From positions 1 to 10,513 of IMG/VR virus record IMGVR_UViG_3300005977_000041: DNA of 10,513 nucleotides. One strand, given 5' to 3'. The notes beneath the pieces were generated by a model. That model was not told the DNA's origin. It saw only the letters and a program-made list of their open reading frames with translations, and made no database searches. The translations under genes and the position numbers were made by a program. Below, in pieces: positions 7,269-10,513 of this stretch; within the stretch, counting starts at the first letter, position 1; every line of letters begins with the position of its first letter.

Positions 7269-7886
7269 ATGACAAATTATGAAGAATTTGTAAAACAAAG
7301 CTTCAAAATGAAATATCCAGAAGATACAATATTTCCTAGCGAAATTGGAATTTGCTTTAGAAAAAGCTATTTTAGTAGAAAATTTGAATTTGAGAAAGCC
7401 GTAAATGAAATTACTTTAGACCTAGGAGAACAATATCATGAAAAAGTAGAACATTATTTTCAAGAAAAACTAAATTGTAAAGCAGAAATTGAAGTGAAAG
7501 GCGAAATTGAAAATATAAAAATTTCTGGCAGAATTGATTTAATTTGCAATAATGATCTTATAGAACTTAAAACCATCACAAGCAATTACTTTAATATAAA
7601 GGAGTATCATCTCTATCAAGTCTCAATTTACTATTATTTATTACAACAACAAAACTATAAAATTGATAATATCTATATTATATATTTGAATAGATTAAAC
7701 AAAGAAGTTAAACAATTTCTAATAGATAAAAAAGTATTAGATGAATATATGAAAAAAGCAATTGAATGGATTAAGAAATTTAAAGAATTTATAAAATTAC
7801 AAGATTATAAAACTATACCTGGTGCAAATAATTATTTATGTAAAAATTGTGAATTCAAAGGAAAATGCTTTGGCTCTTTATTCTGA
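7269..7886 (+). CDS. Cas4-like RecB-family ssDNA nuclease with Fe-S cluster (SIRV2 gp19 / ORF207 family)
   Basis: [20 protein letters not shown], QxxxY, C-terminal [10 protein letters not shown]. Start is ATG 7269 or TTG 7263. Confidence 0.93.
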   Translation: MTNYEEFVKQSFKMKYPEDTIFPSEIGICFRKSYFSRKFEFEKAVNEITLDLGEQYHEKVEHYFQEKLNCKAEIEVKGEIENIKISGRIDLICNNDLIELKTITSNYFNIKEYHLYQVSIYYYLLQQQNYKIDNIYIIYLNRLNKEVKQFLIDKKVLDEYMKKAIEWIKKFKEFIKLQDYKTIPGANNYLCKNCEFKGKCFGSLF

Positions 7887-7938
7887 AAATATAAAAATCT
7901 TTTTATATGTCATAATTTATATGATTATTTGATGAGAT

Positions 7939-8202
7939 ATGAGTGAAAAATTTTTAGAACAAATGGAAAAAATAAAAAACAAAGTTGAAAATATGAAAGA
8001 AGAAGATATTCTAGACATATTAAATAAAGCTTTCATTTTTAACCAAAAACCAAGAATAATATTTTATACAAAAAATAAAAATAAAATCGCTGGCTATTTA
8101 GAAATTAACAATAAACTATTAAATTTTGAAATTTGGTTTTCAACTTTTGGCAATACAATAAATGTAACAATTGGAAAAGTTTCAAAAATTATAAAAGAGT
8201 GA
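7939..8202 (+). CDS. Hypothetical protein (87 aa)
   Basis: ORF track; own TTTATA-TGTCA promoter at about 7902-7912. Confidence 0.8.
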   Translation: MSEKFLEQMEKIKNKVENMKEEDILDILNKAFIFNQKPRIIFYTKNKNKIAGYLEINNKLLNFEIWFSTFGNTINVTIGKVSKIIKE

Positions 8203-8208
8203 TAAGAA

Positions 8209-8400
8209 ATGATAGATTATGATGAAATAATAACAGATCTTGAAGATGCAATAAAAGAATTACAAAATGCAAAAGAAAAATTAGAAGAAATTATGAAACT
8301 TATTGAAAACTATGAAGAACATAATTTTGAAAAAGAAAAAATTGAAGAAATAGAAGATATTATTTATGAGATAGAAAATTTAATTAGAGAATTAAAATAG
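8209..8400 (+). CDS. Highly acidic coiled-coil protein (63 aa)
   Basis: GTGA RBS overlapping the upstream stop; 22 D/E versus 8 K/R by hand count. Confidence 0.75.
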   Translation: MIDYDEIITDLEDAIKELQNAKEKLEEIMKLIENYEEHNFEKEKIEEIEDIIYEIENLIRELK

Positions 8401-8433
8401 AATTAAAAAAAAGAAAAAGCTTAAAGAAAAAAA

Positions 8434-8682
8434 TTATTGTTTTAAGTAAACTCTTTGCTTTGAACGACCGCTTTCCGGATTAAGTTCATAACGAATTTCT
8501 ATCAGCCCTTTTTTCTCTAAATTCTGTAACCTCTTATTGACAACTCCATCGTACTTACTAGCCCACGAAAAATGCCGAATAACTTCATCCTTCCATATTC
8601 CATTTGGAAACTGACTCAAAAAATTCAATACTGCTTTTTCTTTTCTCCCGATTCGAATTTTTTTCTTTTCTGTCTGACTCAT
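8434..8682 (-). CDS. Winged helix-turn-helix DNA-binding protein (82 aa)
   Basis: EKAVLNFL...VNKRLQNLEKKGLIEIRY...GRSKQRVYLK is a wHTH pattern. ATG 8682 preferred because the track's extension runs through the promoter. Confidence 0.85.
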   Translation of the reverse strand: MSQTEKKKIRIGRKEKAVLNFLSQFPNGIWKDEVIRHFSWASKYDGVVNKRLQNLEKKGLIEIRYELNPESGRSKQRVYLKQ

Positions 8683-8729
8683 TTTATCACTAATATCTAA
8701 TATGCAAAAACTTATATTTAAAGTTTTCT
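8682..8729 (-). promoter_or_regulatory. Conserved strong promoter/RBS block, copy 1
   Basis: AGAAAA-C-TTTAAATATAAGTTTTT...AGTGA; 42/48 identical to 9694-9741. Confidence 0.85.
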
Positions 8730-8795
8730 TCAAACTTTTACGTTTTCATTTTACGTTATCTAAATTCCTTCAAATTAGAAATAGTATGACAAACT

Positions 8796-8950
8796 TGAAA
8801 AAAATAAAACAAAAAAATAGAAAATAGAAAGTTAAAACTAAAAAAGAAAAAAATTAACTTTATTTTTGCAAAACATCAAAATAAGAAGCAGAAAAATGTT
8901 ACGTAAAAAATGAAAAAATCGAAAAATAAAAAAGAAAGATAAAATCGACA
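8796..8950 (-). terminator. Long A-rich spacer (U-rich 3' tail of the upstream minus-strand gene)
   Basis: Repeated A4-A7 runs immediately 3' of the stop at 8951. Confidence 0.55.
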
Positions 8951-9331
8951 TTACTCTTTAATTAAATCAATTGGATAATGTTTTTTCAAAATATAATATA
9001 ATTTGAAAAATATCGGCTCAGCATAATCAATATTTGATTCTGGTAATTTTTTCAAAATGTTAATAATATCTTCCGAAACATCGTATTCTTTAAAATATCT
9101 TAATTTTAAAACATTTTTGATAATTGAATAATCGTAAAAATAATATGCTTTATTATTTAAAACAAGAAGACATTTATATCCATTACTATCAGGAAAACTA
9201 GTAATATATTTTGTTTCATAATCAGAAACAAAAATTATAGCATTAATTAAATGATCATCTGTAATCTTTCTTAATTTTTCAAAAGTATTTTTTATATCTT
9301 CATCATATATTTGAACTTTATTTTCACTCAT
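8951..9331 (-). CDS. Hypothetical protein (126 aa)
   Basis: ATG 9331 preceded by GGAGG and a TTTATA-TTTGTCA promoter; the track's TTG start at 9352 is less likely. Confidence 0.8.
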   Translation of the reverse strand: MSENKVQIYDEDIKNTFEKLRKITDDHLINAIIFVSDYETKYITSFPDSNGYKCLLVLNNKAYYFYDYSIIKNVLKLRYFKEYDVSEDIINILKKLPESNIDYAEPIFFKLYYILKKHYPIDLIKE

Positions 9332-9435
9332 TTTCTTTCCTCCAAAAAACAACTAACTAGATATGACAAATATAAAAACATCTTTGGCTTTCAGTTTCAA
9401 AATTTCTTAAAATGGCAGAATTATTATTTGAAATT

Positions 9436-9523
9436 TGAAAAAAATTATTGATAAAAATAGATAATAAAGACAACAAAAATATAAAAATAAAAGAAAAAAT
9501 TGAAAATTAAAAAAAGAATAACT
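9436..9523 (-). terminator. A-rich spacer (U-rich 3' tail of the Gp1-like gene)
   Basis: A-runs 3' of the stop at 9524. Confidence 0.5.
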
Positions 9524-9691
9524 TTACCAACAATCAGACATATACTTCTTGACTTTTTTCTCACTAATTCCTAAAAATTGAGCTATTTGTTGAATTGAAT
9601 AACCTTGTTTTATTAATTGATGAACTAACGAAACTTCATCATCTCTTGAACTTATATAATATCTTGAATTTCCGACTTGTACGACTTTCAT
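9524..9691 (-). CDS. Rudivirus Gp1-like HTH DNA-binding protein (55 aa; SIRV1 ORF55/56a, SIRV2 ORF83 family), not in ORF track
   Basis: Manual translation MKVVQVGNSRYYISSRDDEVSLVHQLIKQGYSIQQIAQFLGISEKKVKKYMSDCW; QV...RYY..S.DD.VS..H.L.K.GY..QQIA..LG.SE.KV..Y...C signature; strong promoter and GGTGA RBS. Confidence 0.92.
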   Translation of the reverse strand: MKVVQVGNSRYYISSRDDEVSLVHQLIKQGYSIQQIAQFLGISEKKVKKYMSDCW

Positions 9692-9693
9692 CT

Positions 9694-9741
9694 TTTTATC
9701 ACCAATATAACATATGTAAAAACTTATATTTAAACTTTTCT
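9694..9741 (-). promoter_or_regulatory. Conserved strong promoter/RBS block, copy 2
   Basis: AGAAAA-G-TTTAAATATAAGTTTTTACATATG...TTGGTGA. Confidence 0.85.
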
Positions 9742-9831
9742 CTCTCTTTTTATCTTTTGATTTTTCGAAACTTTTAACGTTAAACCTCTTAACTTACAAT
9801 TTCTGTTAACTTTGAAATTTGATTTGAAAAC

Positions 9832-9965
9832 TGAAAAAAATTAAACATAGAAATAGAAAATAATGAGAATAAAACTAAAAAGCTAAAAAATAAAATTATA
9901 AAACTAGAAAAATAGAAAATATAAAATAGAAGATAATAAAAATAAAAATAAAAAAAACAATTAAC
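9832..9965 (-). terminator. Long A-rich spacer with AAAATA(G)/AAAACTA short repeats
   Basis: About 130 nt almost entirely A-runs, 3' of the stop at 9966. Confidence 0.55.
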
Positions 9966-10304
9966 TTACATTATTTGCATGCTTTTCCAGCCAACAGGGT
10001 AACTAAAAACGTATACTATTTGTTGTTTTTGACTTTGTGAATTATATTTAATTCTTTCTTCAATCAACACTATTATTGTATCGCTTTTTGGAATAATCGC
10101 ATATTCAAATTCTCTAGTTTCATCATTAATGTCATTAGTACTCATTAATATCAATTCATATTCACCATAAACTTGTCTAATCTTTATATACCCATCTCTT
10201 CCTCTGTACTCCTTAACTATCAAAAAATATTTGGACTCATCTTTGCCTTCATCAATCGCCTTCTTTATTAATTCACTGATTTGTTCATCAGTTAAGTTTT
10301 TCAT
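9966..10304 (-). CDS. Hypothetical protein (112 aa), candidate early gene
   Basis: ORF track; GGTGA RBS and promoter block copy 3. Confidence 0.85.
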   Translation of the reverse strand: MKNLTDEQISELIKKAIDEGKDESKYFLIVKEYRGRDGYIKIRQVYGEYELILMSTNDINDETREFEYAIIPKSDTIIVLIEERIKYNSQSQKQQIVYVFSYPVGWKSMQIM

Positions 10305-10308
10305 CTTT

Positions 10309-10353
10309 TCACCAATTTTACATATGTATCTCCCCCTTTATAAAGTTTTCTCT
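10309..10353 (-). promoter_or_regulatory. Conserved strong promoter/RBS block, copy 3 (diverged middle)
   Basis: Ungapped alignment with 9699-9743: AGAGAAAA-C-TTTATA...TACATATG...ATTGGTGA. Confidence 0.75.
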
Positions 10354-10363
10354 ACTTTTTTAC

Positions 10364-10407
10364 ATCTCTATCTCTCTATCTCTCTCCATTAACTCTCTCT
10401 ATAGAGA
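10364..10407. repeat. TC/TCTCTA simple repeat with palindrome TCTCTATAGAGA (10396-10407)
   Basis: Seen directly in sequence. Confidence 0.6.
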
Positions 10408-10513
10408 ACGTGCAAATTCTGTCTCTCCAATTTCTTTCAACGTTGCAGAGATAAATTGTTTTGGAACGGTGAAATCGCGTAAAAAAACCTATTTCAAACC
10501 TGACTCTAAATTA

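Noticed and set aside
7263-7886. Cas4-like gene as evidence of a CRISPR-Cas locus
   Set aside because: No other cas genes and no repeat-spacer array; this is the standard rudiviral solo nuclease.
8683-8733. N-terminal extension of the wHTH ORF
   Set aside because: Runs through the conserved promoter block; ATG 8682 has the RBS.
9595-9777. 60-aa plus-strand ORF in the track
   Set aside because: Antisense to the recognisable Gp1-like gene and its promoter; TTG start, no RBS.
9966-10304. Assignment to known AcrID1 or AcrIII-1 families
   Set aside because: Lacks the motifs I recall for these families; left as an unassigned candidate.
10410-10513. Genome terminus / hairpin end
   Set aside because: The conserved terminal AATTTAGGAATTTAGGAATTT-type tandem motif is not visible, and an ITR cannot be shown without the other genome end.

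Overview
Very AT-rich segment of an archaeal rudivirus genome (Rudiviridae, SIRV/ARV-like, Sulfolobales host), apparently running from the conserved core towards one genome end. Recognisable genes: GT4 glycosyltransferase, two C2H2 zinc-finger proteins, 134-aa major capsid protein, two ribbon-helix-helix regulators (aCcr1-like and SvtR-like), the pyramid-forming egress protein PVAP, the HUH Rep, the SSB / AAA+ ATPase / Cas4-like nuclease operon, a winged-helix protein and a Gp1-like HTH protein. I read three real-looking small genes that the ORF track missed (883-1008, 4194-4355, 9524-9691, all minus strand) plus a partial CDS at the left edge. The most notable unexplained structures are: (i) an array of minus-strand cassettes at 8.4-10.4 kb, three of which share a 45-48 bp promoter/RBS block and which are separated by long A-rich spacers with a common boundary motif (candidate early anti-defence genes); (ii) an exact 288-bp-period tandem duplication of a promoter plus 2-TM/coiled-coil gene unit; (iii) a TATA-TGTCA promoter class and aCcr1-box-like sites suggesting a regulatory circuit. 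Homology calls rest on recalled sequences and motifs; no database search was run.
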